Source: Coriobacteriales bacterium OH1046
GTDB lineage: Bacteria > Actinomycetota > Coriobacteriia > Coriobacteriales > Atopobiaceae
Direction: 5' to 3'
Length of the DNA stretch: 32,000 bases
NCBI GenBank assembly: GCA_004010535.1
Contig: RQYE01000009.1
Coordinates: 1-32,000 of the forward strand
Shown here piece by piece: positions 14,762 to 24,414 of the stretch. Position numbers and translations under genes: made by a program. The notes under the pieces are model-generated. The model searched no databases and was not told the DNA's origin. It was given only the letters and a program-made list of their open reading frames with translations. Every line of letters begins with the position of its first letter. The first letter of the stretch is position 1.

Positions 14762-15184
14762 CTAGAGGATCCCGTCGCCTGCGCTCTTCCGGGCCTGCCA
14801 GTTCTTGAAGGCCTCGAGCTCGGGCTCGTTGATCTTGAGCGCGATGGTCACCACGGCAAGATCATCCGCAAGGCCGAGCAGCGGGATATTGTCGGAGATG
14901 AGATCCCTCCTCTTGACAAGGTAGAGGAAGGCGGCCACAAGGGATGCGACCACCTTGGGCGAGACCTCGGTGTATTCCTTGGTCACATAGCTCTTGACCA
15001 TGGACGCCATGAGCGGCACGTTGGAAAGCGCCCCCGTCACCGTTTCGGGGAGTTCGGCCATCTGCGCCTTGAGGGAATCGAGCAACCCATCGATCTTCTC
15101 GGGATCGGACAGGAAGGATCTCGCCTCCTCGAGACCATCGTCGATGAGCTGCTTCGCGCTATCGAGATCTAACTGCTCGGTCAT
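14762..15184 (-). CDS. DUF1232 (YkvA-like) membrane protein
   Basis: 140 aa with the signature RRDLISDNIPLLGLADDLAVV. AAGGAG RBS upstream of ATG 15184. Confidence 0.75.
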   Translation of the reverse strand: MTEQLDLDSAKQLIDDGLEEARSFLSDPEKIDGLLDSLKAQMAELPETVTGALSNVPLMASMVKSYVTKEYTEVSPKVVASLVAAFLYLVKRRDLISDNIPLLGLADDLAVVTIALKINEPELEAFKNWQARKSAGDGIL

Positions 15185-15244
15185 ATCGTGCTCCTTTCAT
15201 AGGGGCGGCAAACCGCATTGGCAGACCTATGATACGGCAAACGG

Positions 15245-16183
15245 CTAGCTCTTCGGACGTCCCCGCAGAAGCGGGGCCCTGGCCGAGGTGGGCACATCGA
15301 TGGGCACGCCGAGGATGATCCTGATGAGCCACAGGAAGAAGAGCAGCACGAGGATGGGGATCACGCAGGAGGTGACGATCATCACCGCAAACGTCTCGAT
15401 GAAGCGGTTGAGCGCGGCCTGGACCTCCTCTGACACGCCGCTCGCAACATTCGAGAGGTTCTCGGGGATGCTCTGGATGAAGCCCACGAGCGCATCGAGG
15501 CCCTCCTGGGACCCCGCTTCGGGCTCGGCATCCCCGGCATCCGCCTCACCTGCGGTCTGTTCGACGGCAGCGAGGGTATCGCTCATCGTCGATTCGTAGG
15601 TGACCTCGATGAGATCGGAGATCGCGACGCTCGCGGGCACCACGAGAAAGATCGCGATGCCGAAGAGCAGCAGGCGCCCCGAGAGCTGGAAGAGCAGCTG
15701 GCGCAACCCCGTACGCCTGCGGAGCAGCGCGACGATGGCGAAGAGGATGCAGCCCGCCGGGATGACGAACCTGAAAGCTGCGAGGCCGAGGATGGTGAGC
15801 AGGTACTTCTCAAGGTAGATGGCACCGATGACGATGGCGAAATCGGCGCCGAGATCGAGGAGCTTCTCGGCGATGGGCGTGCCCACGTCTCCGGGCAGAA
15901 GCGTGATCGCAGCGGACGTGCCGGTAGATCCCGCGACGAGGCGCATCACCGTAGCGCGCTTCTCGTCGAGCGCGGAGATGGTGCCCGCATGGGTCTCGGG
16001 CGAGGATGCCCAATCGGCTAGGACGAAGATCGACACGAGCGCCAACACGATGGCCACGCCCGCGACAAGGTAGCGCAAACGCGGCTTATCCTCGGGAAGG
16101 AGCTCGTCGAGGATGCTGCGACCGATGGCCGTGTCCTCGTCCTCGATACGGGCGATCTCCTCTGACGCGGTATCGTGCTCCAT
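15245..16183 (-). CDS. Hypothetical multi-pass membrane protein with acidic N-terminus
   Basis: Start at ATG 16183 with a GAGGAGG RBS, 22 bp after deoC. It has several long hydrophobic segments (YLVAGVAIVLALVSIFVL, LLLFGIAIFLVVPASVAI, VMIVTSCVIPILVLLFFLWLIRIIL). I did not recognise a family. Confidence 0.6.
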   Translation of the reverse strand: MEHDTASEEIARIEDEDTAIGRSILDELLPEDKPRLRYLVAGVAIVLALVSIFVLADWASSPETHAGTISALDEKRATVMRLVAGSTGTSAAITLLPGDVGTPIAEKLLDLGADFAIVIGAIYLEKYLLTILGLAAFRFVIPAGCILFAIVALLRRRTGLRQLLFQLSGRLLLFGIAIFLVVPASVAISDLIEVTYESTMSDTLAAVEQTAGEADAGDAEPEAGSQEGLDALVGFIQSIPENLSNVASGVSEEVQAALNRFIETFAVMIVTSCVIPILVLLFFLWLIRIILGVPIDVPTSARAPLLRGRPKS

Positions 16184-16205
16184 GGCAACCTCCTCGTGAC
16201 GGCTC

Positions 16206-16916
16206 CTAGAGTTCGATGGTATCCGATCCCGTCTTCGCCATGCGCGCCCCGATCTCGCGGATGATCGCGACACCGGCGCTCGTGCCGATGCGACGGCAGC
16301 CGAGGCGCACATACTCGAGGAACGACTCGGCATCGCGGATACCGCCCGCCGCCTTCACGCGCACCGCAGGGTCGACCCGCTCCACCATGAGGCGCACGTC
16401 GTCGAAGGTGGCGCCGCCCGTGCCGAAGCCCGTGGAGGTCTTGATGAAGTCGGGGCGCGCCTCGCTCGCGATCTCGCACAGGCGTATCTTCTCGGCATCC
16501 TCGAGGTAGCAGTTCTCGAAGATGACCTTGGAGATCGCCCCCAACTCACGGCAGGCCGCGACGATCTCTCCCATCTCGGCGGCGACGTAGTCCCAGTTGC
16601 CGTTCTTGACCTCGGTGAGGTTCACCACATAGTCGATCTCGTCCGCGCCGTTGGCGATGGCATCGCGCGCATCGAAGACCTTCGAGGCGATGGTCGTCTG
16701 ACCCAGCGGAAAGCTGATCGCCGCACCCACATGGATGTCCGTTCCCGTAAGGAGACCCGCGCAGAGGCTCGCCTGCACCTGGTTCACCGCCACCATGGCA
16801 AAATGGTTCGCACGCGCCTCGTCGCAGAGTACGCGCATATCCGCTGCGCGGGCAAACGGCTTCAGGTTGGTATGGTCGATCAGCTGCGCAAGCTCATCGA
16901 GCGTCCACGATCTCAT
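16206..16916 (-). CDS. deoC: Deoxyribose-phosphate aldolase
   Basis: LIDHTNLKP, the Schiff-base lysine context DFIKTSTGFG, and VKAAGGIR; 236 aa. GGAGAGGGG RBS. Confidence 0.88.
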   Translation of the reverse strand: MRSWTLDELAQLIDHTNLKPFARAADMRVLCDEARANHFAMVAVNQVQASLCAGLLTGTDIHVGAAISFPLGQTTIASKVFDARDAIANGADEIDYVVNLTEVKNGNWDYVAAEMGEIVAACRELGAISKVIFENCYLEDAEKIRLCEIASEARPDFIKTSTGFGTGGATFDDVRLMVERVDPAVRVKAAGGIRDAESFLEYVRLGCRRIGTSAGVAIIREIGARMAKTGSDTIEL

Positions 16917-17069
16917 GGGGATTCCCCTCTCCGCTGGTTTGTCCGATGGCCTTATAGTAGTACGTATACGCGTGATTGTCGCGCTGTGTTGGAAGGGCTC
17001 CGATCACCCCGTCTCCGCCGGGATGGCTCGTCCGGTCCCACGGCCCGACCCGAGGAGGGGAGCGGGAAG

Positions 17070-18092
17070 ATGCTCAACGTATGCGTGCTGGGATGCGGTC
17101 GCGCCGGTATGATACATGCGCGCAGCTACGCCGGATCGGTTGCGGGAGCACGGCTCATCGCACTCTGCGACCCGGTGGCCGGAGTGCGCAACGCAGCCGC
17201 AGCCGAACTCGACGTTAACCGCTGCTATGCGGATTGGCAAGAAGCCCTCGCCGACACGGATATCGATGCGGTCATCGTCGTGACGCCCACCGGCCTCCAC
17301 CATGACATCGTGGTGGCTGCCGCCGCCGCAGGTAAGCACGTGTTCTGCGAGAAGCCCATGGCAAGTTCCGAGAAGGAGTGCGACGAGATGATCGCCGCAT
17401 GCGCGCGGGCAGGCGTCAAGCTCCAGATCGGCTTCATGCGCCGCTTCGACGAGAGCATACGCCACGCCAAGGAGGCCGTCGATGCAGGCGAGATCGGCGA
17501 CGTGGTGCTCGTCAAATCGCTCACGCGCGGCCCCAGCCGCCCCAAGGACTGGATGTACGACGTGCGCGCGAGCTACGGTCCCATCGGCGAGGTGAGCTCG
17601 CACGACCTCGATATGCTCCGCTGGTTCGCAGGCTCGGAGGTCGCGAGCGTCTACGCTATCGGGGGGAACTTCCGTTCGCCCGAGGTCGCGGGCGATCACC
17701 CCGAGTGGTACGACAGCTTCGCCATGACGCTCTCCTTCGATGACGGCAAGCTCGGCATGATCGACGGCGCGCAGTACGTGCGGTATGGCTACGATGCCCG
17801 CCTCGAGGTGCTCGGCACGCATGGTTCCATCCTCGTGGGCCAACAGCCGCGCGAGGCCTACACCGTCGCGCGTCCGGACGGCAGCGTGAGACGGCCCATG
17901 AACGATTCCTGGACCTATCTCTTCCGCGAGGCCTACGTGCACGAGGCGCAGGCCTTCGTCGATGCCATCGCGCACGGCACCGAGCCGCTCGCCACCGGGC
18001 ACGATGGCAAGATGGCCGTCCGCCTCGTGAACATGGGCCTGGCATCCCTGCTCGGGCATACAGTGGTCTTCGACACGGAGGAGCACCCATGA
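17070..18092 (+). CDS. Gfo/Idh/MocA-family NAD(P)-dependent oxidoreductase
   Basis: The Rossmann N-terminus is MLNVCVLGCGRAGMIHARSY and the conserved motif is VFCEKPMA. Start at ATG 17070 after GAGGAGGGGAGCGGGAAG. The track start at 16731 is antisense to deoC. Confidence 0.85.
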   Translation: MLNVCVLGCGRAGMIHARSYAGSVAGARLIALCDPVAGVRNAAAAELDVNRCYADWQEALADTDIDAVIVVTPTGLHHDIVVAAAAAGKHVFCEKPMASSEKECDEMIAACARAGVKLQIGFMRRFDESIRHAKEAVDAGEIGDVVLVKSLTRGPSRPKDWMYDVRASYGPIGEVSSHDLDMLRWFAGSEVASVYAIGGNFRSPEVAGDHPEWYDSFAMTLSFDDGKLGMIDGAQYVRYGYDARLEVLGTHGSILVGQQPREAYTVARPDGSVRRPMNDSWTYLFREAYVHEAQAFVDAIAHGTEPLATGHDGKMAVRLVNMGLASLLGHTVVFDTEEHP

Positions 18093-18117
18093 CCGATGCG
18101 GGGTGCCGACAGCAGCG

Positions 18118-18148
18118 CAGGCCTCGCGGATAGGATCCGCGAGGCCTG
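18118..18148. terminator. GC-rich hairpin (14-bp arms, 3-nt loop) between convergent genes; candidate bidirectional terminator without U-tract
   Basis: CAGGCCTCGCGGAT-AGG-ATCCGCGAGGCCTG lies between the oxidoreductase stop (18092) and the GH3 stop (18157). Confidence 0.45.
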
Positions 18149-18156
18149 GACACACG

Positions 18157-20583
18157 CTAGTTCCTGGCTTTCTCCGGCTTGAGGATCGGATCGACCCTGT
18201 AGGTGGCGACGCGCCCGTCATCGATCACGCCGGACCAGTCGAGGCCATAGGCGAAGTCGTAGATGTTGCCCTCCGAGTCGACGTGGCAGTCCATGTCGCG
18301 CGGCGTATCCTCGAGCTGCGCTTCGACGGCATCCATGCTCGCGGGAAACTGCAGGGGCAGCAGGCCGGAAGGCTCCACCTGGCCGGATGCTATGGCGAGG
18401 AACGCCTCGTTGTCGGAGCCGAAGCTTGCGAGGATGCCCTGGACCCTATCCTCGAACTCGGAAACCACGAGCGGTTTCGAGGCATTGATGCATGCAATGA
18501 CGGGTTTGCCGTCCATAAGCTCGATCGTCGCAAGCAGCTTGTCGAGTTCGGAGGAATTGGAGACCTGGTTGGCCTTGCCCTTGTAGGAGCGGTTCTCCTT
18601 GGAGCCATCTTCAAGGGTATCACCCGAGATCGAGACCTCGCGCACGGAGGCGCCGTCGGCGGTGTAGGAACCGTAGACCAGCGGGATGGGCACGTACTCT
18701 ACGCCCGTGTAGTCGGCATTGAAGACGGCACCCTGGCCGGGAGCGGAACCGGCGGAACCGGCGAACGGAGCGTCCATGAAAACGAGGGCGAAGTCGCAGC
18801 TGGCGATCGTCTCGGCATCGGGATGGCTCATGTCGTTCTCGGTGGGATGCTCCGGATCCTCGGATTCGATGATATCGGTGACGAGATCGATATAGTTGGC
18901 TGCAATCGCAGGGTCGATGCCGCAGTCCCAGCTGGCGGGCGAGCCGGGGATGATGCCACCGTACATGGGCTCGACCTCGGGTGAGAAGGACTGAGGGATA
19001 TATACGCGCGGCTTCTCGGAACGCTCGGCGATGAGACCTCCCGCATTCTTGAGCATGACGATGCCGCGGGTCTGCGCCTCACGGGTAAGGGCAACTGCGT
19101 CAGCGCCGGTGAGCAGGGCATCGACCTTGGAGGAATCAACGAAGGGATTCTCGGAATGGAAGTTCTTGAAGATGGTCTCGAGCACCCGGCGGCCGTGATC
19201 GCGGAAAGCTGCCTCGGCGGCCTCCTCGCCCATCTCGCCCTTCATGATCTCGAGCGCATCCATGCAGAGGTTATCGCTCCCACCGCCGATCTGATCGCAG
19301 CCGGCCATGAAGAGACGGGCGTACCGCTCGGTCTTCGAGATGTCCTCGACGCCCCAGCAGGTGGCATTGGTCTGTTCGGGGTCGCTCGTGACCGACCAGT
19401 CCGAGCAGATAAGGCCGTCGAAGCCGTAACCTTGGCGCAAGAGGTCGATCTTCCATGAGGAATAGGCCGAGCCCACGGGCTCGCCGTATTCCCCATCATC
19501 GCTGTAGGCGATGGAGTAGCTGGTCATGACCGATGCGCAGCGCTCGGTCTTGCCGTCAAGCGTAAGGCCGCCATCCACGAAGGGGATGAGGCTCGTATCG
19601 AAGTTATCGCCCGGATACACGGCGTATTTGCCGGAATCGGTATGCGACTCGCGACCGCTCTCGCCCGTGCCGTCACCGGGGAAGTGCTTCATCATGGCGA
19701 TAACGGAATCCTCGCCCCATCCGAGATCGTTGCCCTTCTCGTCATAGGTGGACTGCAGACCGTCGATAGCGGCGCGCGTCATATCCCGGGAGAGCGCCGG
19801 ATCCTCGCCGTAGGTGCCCTCGATGCGGTTCCAGCGTGGGTCGGATGCGATATCGATCTGCGGGCCGAGCAAGGTCTGGAGGCCGATGGCCCGGTACTGC
19901 CTGCCCTGGAGCCGGTAGATCTGGGAGGCGAACTCGGGATCGAAGGATGCTGCGATACCGAGGCTGCCCGGCCAGCCGGAAAGGGTTTCGGGGTTGCACG
20001 AGATCGTGACGGGAATGCCGTAGTCCTCGGACTCGGCGAGTTCCTGCACCGTATTGTTCCAGCGGGCATGCAGCAGGTAGGGTTGGGTCGAGAAGTTGAT
20101 GGCTTCTCGGATATGGGTGTTCTTCACCAGATCGAGGAAACCCTCGTCGTCCATCGACATACCCGATACATGGAGCAGAAGACCCGATATCCATTCGAGC
20201 GGCAGGATGGCGGCAAGCTCTGCGGCGCGCACGGATGCCGGTTGACGCCAGTCCTCCCACGCAGAGAGCTTGCCGTCGCCGTCGAAGTCCTTGAAGGCGT
20301 AGCCGCCGATCTGGATGATGGGCTTACCGCCCTTGGTGCTTATCGTGGGAGCGCCGTCCTGCTGGACATACCTCTTGAAACCACCCGAGCGTGCGTCGAT
20401 CTCCTCGATCTCGTACTTCGCCGCAACCCCCTCCCCATCGGGATCGATGGGATAGGCGCTCAGGTCGGGCGCTGCAAGGCCTCCCGTGGCGGAGGTCTCT
20501 CCTTCGCAGGCGGCAAGGCCGAGAAGCCCTGCCGCAACCGCAGATCCGGCAAGGAAGTTCCTACGGGTTATCTGTGACTTCAT
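18157..20583 (-). CDS. Glycoside hydrolase family 3 (beta-glucosidase/BglX-like) Tat-lipoprotein
   Basis: MKSQITRRNFLAGSAVAAGLLGLAAC gives a Tat motif plus a lipobox. GH3 motifs are MKHFPGDG and GLICSDW (nucleophile Asp context); 808 aa. AAGGAGAG RBS. Confidence 0.88.
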   Translation of the reverse strand: MKSQITRRNFLAGSAVAAGLLGLAACEGETSATGGLAAPDLSAYPIDPDGEGVAAKYEIEEIDARSGGFKRYVQQDGAPTISTKGGKPIIQIGGYAFKDFDGDGKLSAWEDWRQPASVRAAELAAILPLEWISGLLLHVSGMSMDDEGFLDLVKNTHIREAINFSTQPYLLHARWNNTVQELAESEDYGIPVTISCNPETLSGWPGSLGIAASFDPEFASQIYRLQGRQYRAIGLQTLLGPQIDIASDPRWNRIEGTYGEDPALSRDMTRAAIDGLQSTYDEKGNDLGWGEDSVIAMMKHFPGDGTGESGRESHTDSGKYAVYPGDNFDTSLIPFVDGGLTLDGKTERCASVMTSYSIAYSDDGEYGEPVGSAYSSWKIDLLRQGYGFDGLICSDWSVTSDPEQTNATCWGVEDISKTERYARLFMAGCDQIGGGSDNLCMDALEIMKGEMGEEAAEAAFRDHGRRVLETIFKNFHSENPFVDSSKVDALLTGADAVALTREAQTRGIVMLKNAGGLIAERSEKPRVYIPQSFSPEVEPMYGGIIPGSPASWDCGIDPAIAANYIDLVTDIIESEDPEHPTENDMSHPDAETIASCDFALVFMDAPFAGSAGSAPGQGAVFNADYTGVEYVPIPLVYGSYTADGASVREVSISGDTLEDGSKENRSYKGKANQVSNSSELDKLLATIELMDGKPVIACINASKPLVVSEFEDRVQGILASFGSDNEAFLAIASGQVEPSGLLPLQFPASMDAVEAQLEDTPRDMDCHVDSEGNIYDFAYGLDWSGVIDDGRVATYRVDPILKPEKARN

Positions 20584-20749
20584 GCTCTCTCCTTCGCTCC
20601 GGGGATCGAAATGCGGGCAGCGCGCGCCACGTGGCAGATAGCGCCCGTCGCCCTCTTTATCCCCCCATTCTCGACGCAGGGAAAGGATCCTACAATCATC
20701 ATTATCCGAATAAGTGTTGGAATAATGGGAGGGACGTTAGGTTGTCGAG

Positions 20750-21328
20750 ATGAACACGAAGAACAATGCGCGTTGGCGGTCGAGCGAGCGGAACATCATC
20801 GGTGCCGCCATCGACCTCATGCGCGAGAAGGAAGGGGAACTGCCCACCGTCAAGGCCATCTGCGAGCGCGCGCAGGTGAACCGCTCCACGTTCTATGCCC
20901 ACTTCGCCGATGCGGTCGATCTTATCAGGCAGCACGGCGAATCCTTGCAGCGGGATAGGAGGGAGAGAATCGCCGCAGAATCAGGTGCCTGGCATGCTGC
21001 GAAGATAAGCCGTCAGCTTCTCGAGCACATCCGGGACAACCAAGATTTCTATCGGGTAGCGCTTCCCAACTACAGAAGCTTCCTCTCCGACCGCAGCTAT
21101 GTGAAAAACTACGGCGGGCTTTTCGCGCCCGCCTATGAGCACCTGGGTATCGAGGACGAGGACGAGAGGCAGCTCTTCCGCACGTTCATCGACAGCGGGT
21201 TCCAGAGCGTCCTCTCCGAGTGGGTCGAAGGAGGTTGCACGCTCGACATAGCCTCGGTAGGGCATGTTCTCGAGATATGCCTCTCCCTGATGGGACTGGA
21301 GGATCCCCATCCGGATCAGGAGGGGTAG
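20750..21328 (+). CDS. TetR/AcrR-family transcriptional regulator
   Basis: The N-terminal HTH is IIGAAIDLMREKEGELPTVKAICERAQVNRSTFYAHFAD. It is divergent from the GH3 gene. Confidence 0.85.
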   Translation: MNTKNNARWRSSERNIIGAAIDLMREKEGELPTVKAICERAQVNRSTFYAHFADAVDLIRQHGESLQRDRRERIAAESGAWHAAKISRQLLEHIRDNQDFYRVALPNYRSFLSDRSYVKNYGGLFAPAYEHLGIEDEDERQLFRTFIDSGFQSVLSEWVEGGCTLDIASVGHVLEICLSLMGLEDPHPDQEG

Positions 21329-21485
21329 CGTGGGGACGCGGGGAAGATCACCGGCATCCGGCAGGGGATCCCGTCTCATAGGCTGGTATCGGAAGACGAT
21401 TTCCCATGCGTCCTCCAGGACGGTTGTCTGAGAGGTTCAGAGGCGGGGCCGCCATTGAACTCTGGGCACGGCCGGAACGGAGCCC

Positions 21486-22298
21486 CTACAGCCGCACATG
21501 GACGAGGAACGCCCGATTCGTCCTGTCCGTGACCGCCATGGCGATGCGCGTATAGAGGTTCACCTTGCCTGCGAGGACCTTCCGGGCGGCGGTGTAGAAC
21601 GGGCGGTGCTCGATGAGCCGCACGCCCGCCTCGGATGCGAAGGCGGCAGGCTCGTCGATGGAGAAGTGCATCGCCGCAGCGGTGTTGCCCGTCTTCCTCA
21701 CATATCTGTTGGCATACGCAAGCCCCGTCGAGTTCGTGGCGTCGAAGATGAGCTCGGCATCGGTGAAGCGCTTCTGGGCATTGCGGATGAATCCGAGCAC
21801 GTCGGCGGCATGGAAGTACTGGAACACGCCCGATGCGATCATGAGCGTGGGCGCGGACGCATCGAGGGCCTCGGCCCAGCTCAGATCGAACAGGTCGCCT
21901 GCGATGAGCACCTCGTTTTCCGCCGCACCGAGCATGCTGCGGCGCTCCTCGATGACCTCGGGCAGGTCGACCTCGAAAAACGTCGCATCCTTGGCATCCG
22001 CCCCCATGCGGAAGCAGGCCGTCTCTAAACCGCAGCCCAAGTTCACGATGCTGCAGGCCGGGTGGGCATCGATGAACGTCCGCACCATCTCGTCAAGATT
22101 GTGGTAGCGCGCCACGGAGGCGACCATCGCATACTCGCTCGACCGCTCCGCGATACGGGTTCCGGAAACGGCAGGCTCCAACTCGAGCGCCTTGGCGTCG
22201 AAGAAATACGCGGGGAAGCGCTTCGATGCATATATCCGTGCCGTCAGCGGGATGAACAGCGTCTCCGCCACACCTTGGAATGCACTCACCGCAATCAC
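21486..22298 (-). CDS. Class I SAM-dependent methyltransferase, LCM/TcmP-like (polyketide O-methyltransferase-like) family
   Basis: VAETLFIPLTARIYASKRFPAYFFDAKA, VNLGCGLETACFR, FFEVDLPEVIEERR and IASGVFQYF. A GTG start overlaps the SRPBCC stop (GTGA). Confidence 0.7.
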   Translation of the reverse strand: MIAVSAFQGVAETLFIPLTARIYASKRFPAYFFDAKALELEPAVSGTRIAERSSEYAMVASVARYHNLDEMVRTFIDAHPACSIVNLGCGLETACFRMGADAKDATFFEVDLPEVIEERRSMLGAAENEVLIAGDLFDLSWAEALDASAPTLMIASGVFQYFHAADVLGFIRNAQKRFTDAELIFDATNSTGLAYANRYVRKTGNTAAAMHFSIDEPAAFASEAGVRLIEHRPFYTAARKVLAGKVNLYTRIAMAVTDRTNRAFLVHVRL

Positions 22299-22828
22299 AC
22301 CTGCACTTTCCTGCTCGGATCCATCAGATCTTCCACCGGGATGCGCTCGGGGTAGATCCCGCTGGTCAGGATGCCGGCCAGCAGGCGGTTGTCCAAGATC
22401 ATGTCATCCCTGATCAGCTGCCAATCGCACTTCTTCCTGAAGAGGACCTTGAATATGAGGAAGTTCATGAAAGGGCCGATCACCGGTGCCCGCATGCCGA
22501 AGGCCTCGGTATGGCAGAAACGGCAACCCTGCCCGGTCCTCCAGCCCTCGAAGGTTATGACCGCCATCTTCCTGTCGCTCTCGAAGTCGAAGCGGAAGCG
22601 GTCGTCATCGCGCTCGCTCCTGATGATGGTCCCCGTCACATCGTAATCGAGACCCATGACGATCTCGCGGAAGCGCACCTTATCGCCCACGCCTATACCG
22701 CCCGTGAGCAGCTGGCACGCAAGATGGTAGGGACTCCATCTGACGAACTCCCCCTCGAAATGATCCACCCACCAAAGAAGCCGCTCGAAGGGCGCCTCGA
22801 TATCGATCTGCTCCTGCAACGTGACCAT
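22295..22828 (-). CDS. SRPBCC (START/polyketide cyclase-dehydrase-like) superfamily protein
   Basis: 177 aa. The opening MVTLQEQIDIEAPFERLLWWV is typical of SRPBCC N-termini. It starts 3 nt after the TetR stop. The family call comes from overall pattern only. Confidence 0.55.
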   Translation of the reverse strand: MVTLQEQIDIEAPFERLLWWVDHFEGEFVRWSPYHLACQLLTGGIGVGDKVRFREIVMGLDYDVTGTIIRSERDDDRFRFDFESDRKMAVITFEGWRTGQGCRFCHTEAFGMRAPVIGPFMNFLIFKVLFRKKCDWQLIRDDMILDNRLLAGILTSGIYPERIPVEDLMDPSRKVQV

Positions 22829-22831
22829 ATC

Positions 22832-23479
22832 CTACCGATCTTTCCCGTGCCCGCGCAGCATGTTCGACAACCTCTCCCGCATCCCATCGGGCAATCCCAG
22901 CGCCCCCAAGGTGAATTCGACGAGACGGTCGACCAGCTCGTCGTCATCCTCGGCGCACGCCCTCCCCCCGACCATGTGGGAGAAGAGCAGCTCTCCCATA
23001 CCCCCGGTCACGAAGAGGGCGAGGGCATGGGCGGACTCCGCTGCACACAAGCCGGCTGTTGACAGGAACTCTGACCAGAGCCCGGCAAGCTCCTGCGTGA
23101 CCCGCTCGCGCATATCGAGGATGAGGAGGCGATTCTCCTCAGTGCCACCCTCCGCGATGAGCTCCCTGCTTGCGGCCAAGCTTTTCCGCATACCGCCAAC
23201 GAGCAGGGTGAAGCGCTCCTCGATGCCCTTCTCGTCGGAAGCGAAGGCGCCCCGGAAGTCCGCCACGTACTCACGGGCGACCGTCTCGACCACTGCACGG
23301 TACAGCTCGTCCTTCGAGGAGAAGTAGTAATAGAAGACGCTCGGCGAGGAACTCCGGGTAGCCACGGCATCCAAGACGTCGCACACCGAAACGCCTTTGA
23401 AGCCTCGCTCCATGAAGAGCCCCTTGGCCGCATCGATGAATGCTTCTCGACGGATACCCGGATCTTTCCTCGGGCGCAT
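22832..23479 (-). CDS. TetR/AcrR-family transcriptional regulator (first gene of the TetR-SRPBCC-methyltransferase operon)
   Basis: RREAFIDAAKGLFMERGFKGVSVCDVLDAVATRSSSPSVFYYYFSSKDELY. ATG 23479 is preferred over the TTG at 23494 used by the track. Confidence 0.85.
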   Translation of the reverse strand: MRPRKDPGIRREAFIDAAKGLFMERGFKGVSVCDVLDAVATRSSSPSVFYYYFSSKDELYRAVVETVAREYVADFRGAFASDEKGIEERFTLLVGGMRKSLAASRELIAEGGTEENRLLILDMRERVTQELAGLWSEFLSTAGLCAAESAHALALFVTGGMGELLFSHMVGGRACAEDDDELVDRLVEFTLGALGLPDGMRERLSNMLRGHGKDR

Positions 23480-23494
23480 GGGAGAACCTTTCAA

Positions 23495-23517
23495 TTAATA
23501 GAATAGTATTCTATTAA
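23495..23517. promoter_or_regulatory. Perfect 23-bp palindrome (11+1+11), candidate TetR operator
   Basis: TTAATAGAATA-G-TATTCTATTAA lies 16-38 nt upstream of the TetR ATG. It is an AT-rich island in GC-rich DNA. Confidence 0.6.
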
Positions 23518-23572
23518 AAGTGTAGCTTGGTTGACTTTATTGTCAAGCCGTTCCCTGTGGGAAAGACCGACG

Positions 23573-24352
23573 TTACCGGGATGCCTGCTCGTCGTAGAGC
23601 GCATCTATCGCCTTGGCGAGCATCTCCGCAGCACCGGGCATCCATGCGTCGTAGTATGCCTTGAAGCGCACGTCGATGAGATAGGAGTGCGCGAGTGCTC
23701 TATGGGCCTCGGGCGCATACAGCCCCTCGGGCCAGAACAGCCGCAGGCCCTCGGCATGCAGCTCGGCTGCGCGATGGGCATGCCCTCCTGCAGCATCCCC
23801 CTCTTCGAGAGCAGCGATGAGCTCGGCTTTCAGCGCGGTTTCGATCTCGGTGCCCCGCCGCCACTCCGCTTGGGAGAACCCCCTCATCTTCTCGCTCGAA
23901 GCGTCGGAGACCTCATCGCCCCAGCGCCTGCGCACTTCTTCTTCATACTCCCGTTCGTTTCTCTCCACGAGATCCCGTTTGAAGGCCTCGAATTTCTCCT
24001 CAGTGCCCATGGGGGCACCTCCTTCCAAGCTCTGCAGCGTCCGTTTGACGCTGCAGATGAGCCTCTCGATGCGCGCCGCGCGCGCCTGCAATTCCTCGAG
24101 ATGCCGGGCGAGGGCATTCCTCCGATCGAATGACGGGTCGTTGAGGATCTTTCGGATATCCGCGAGCCGCAGGCCCATCTCGCGATAGAGCAGCACCTGC
24201 TGCAGACGATCCTCCTCGTCCTCGCCGTAGATGCGGTATCCGTTCGCCGACCGCTGTGGAAAGAGCAGCCCCTGTTCCTCGTAGTGGTGCAGGGTCCTCA
24301 CGGAAACACCCGTCAGCCTTGCGAACTGCCCCACCGAATAACGCCGTCCCAT
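23573..24352 (-). CDS. MerR-family regulator with TipAS-like C-terminal effector domain
   Basis: MGRRYSVGQFARLTGVSVRTLHHYEEQGLL...GYRIYGEDEEDRLQQVLLYREMGLRLADIRKIL forms the MerR HTH and coiled coil. The C-terminal ~140 aa are TipAS-like (EKFEAFKRDLVERNEREYEEEVRRRWG ...). GGGGAGGGGGGG RBS before ATG 24352. Confidence 0.82.
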   Translation of the reverse strand: MGRRYSVGQFARLTGVSVRTLHHYEEQGLLFPQRSANGYRIYGEDEEDRLQQVLLYREMGLRLADIRKILNDPSFDRRNALARHLEELQARAARIERLICSVKRTLQSLEGGAPMGTEEKFEAFKRDLVERNEREYEEEVRRRWGDEVSDASSEKMRGFSQAEWRRGTEIETALKAELIAALEEGDAAGGHAHRAAELHAEGLRLFWPEGLYAPEAHRALAHSYLIDVRFKAYYDAWMPGAAEMLAKAIDALYDEQASR

Positions 24353-24414
24353 TGCCCCCCTCCCCTTGCATCGGCATCCCACCTGCGAATCTGCGGCCGC
24401 ACCTCGCAACAAGG

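Noticed and set aside
17004-20577. Long antisense ORFs: 17004-18221 (-), 18103-18984 (+) and 19642-20577 (+)
   Set aside because: They lie opposite the Gfo/Idh/MocA and GH3 genes, which have clear catalytic motifs. None has a recognisable domain or RBS.
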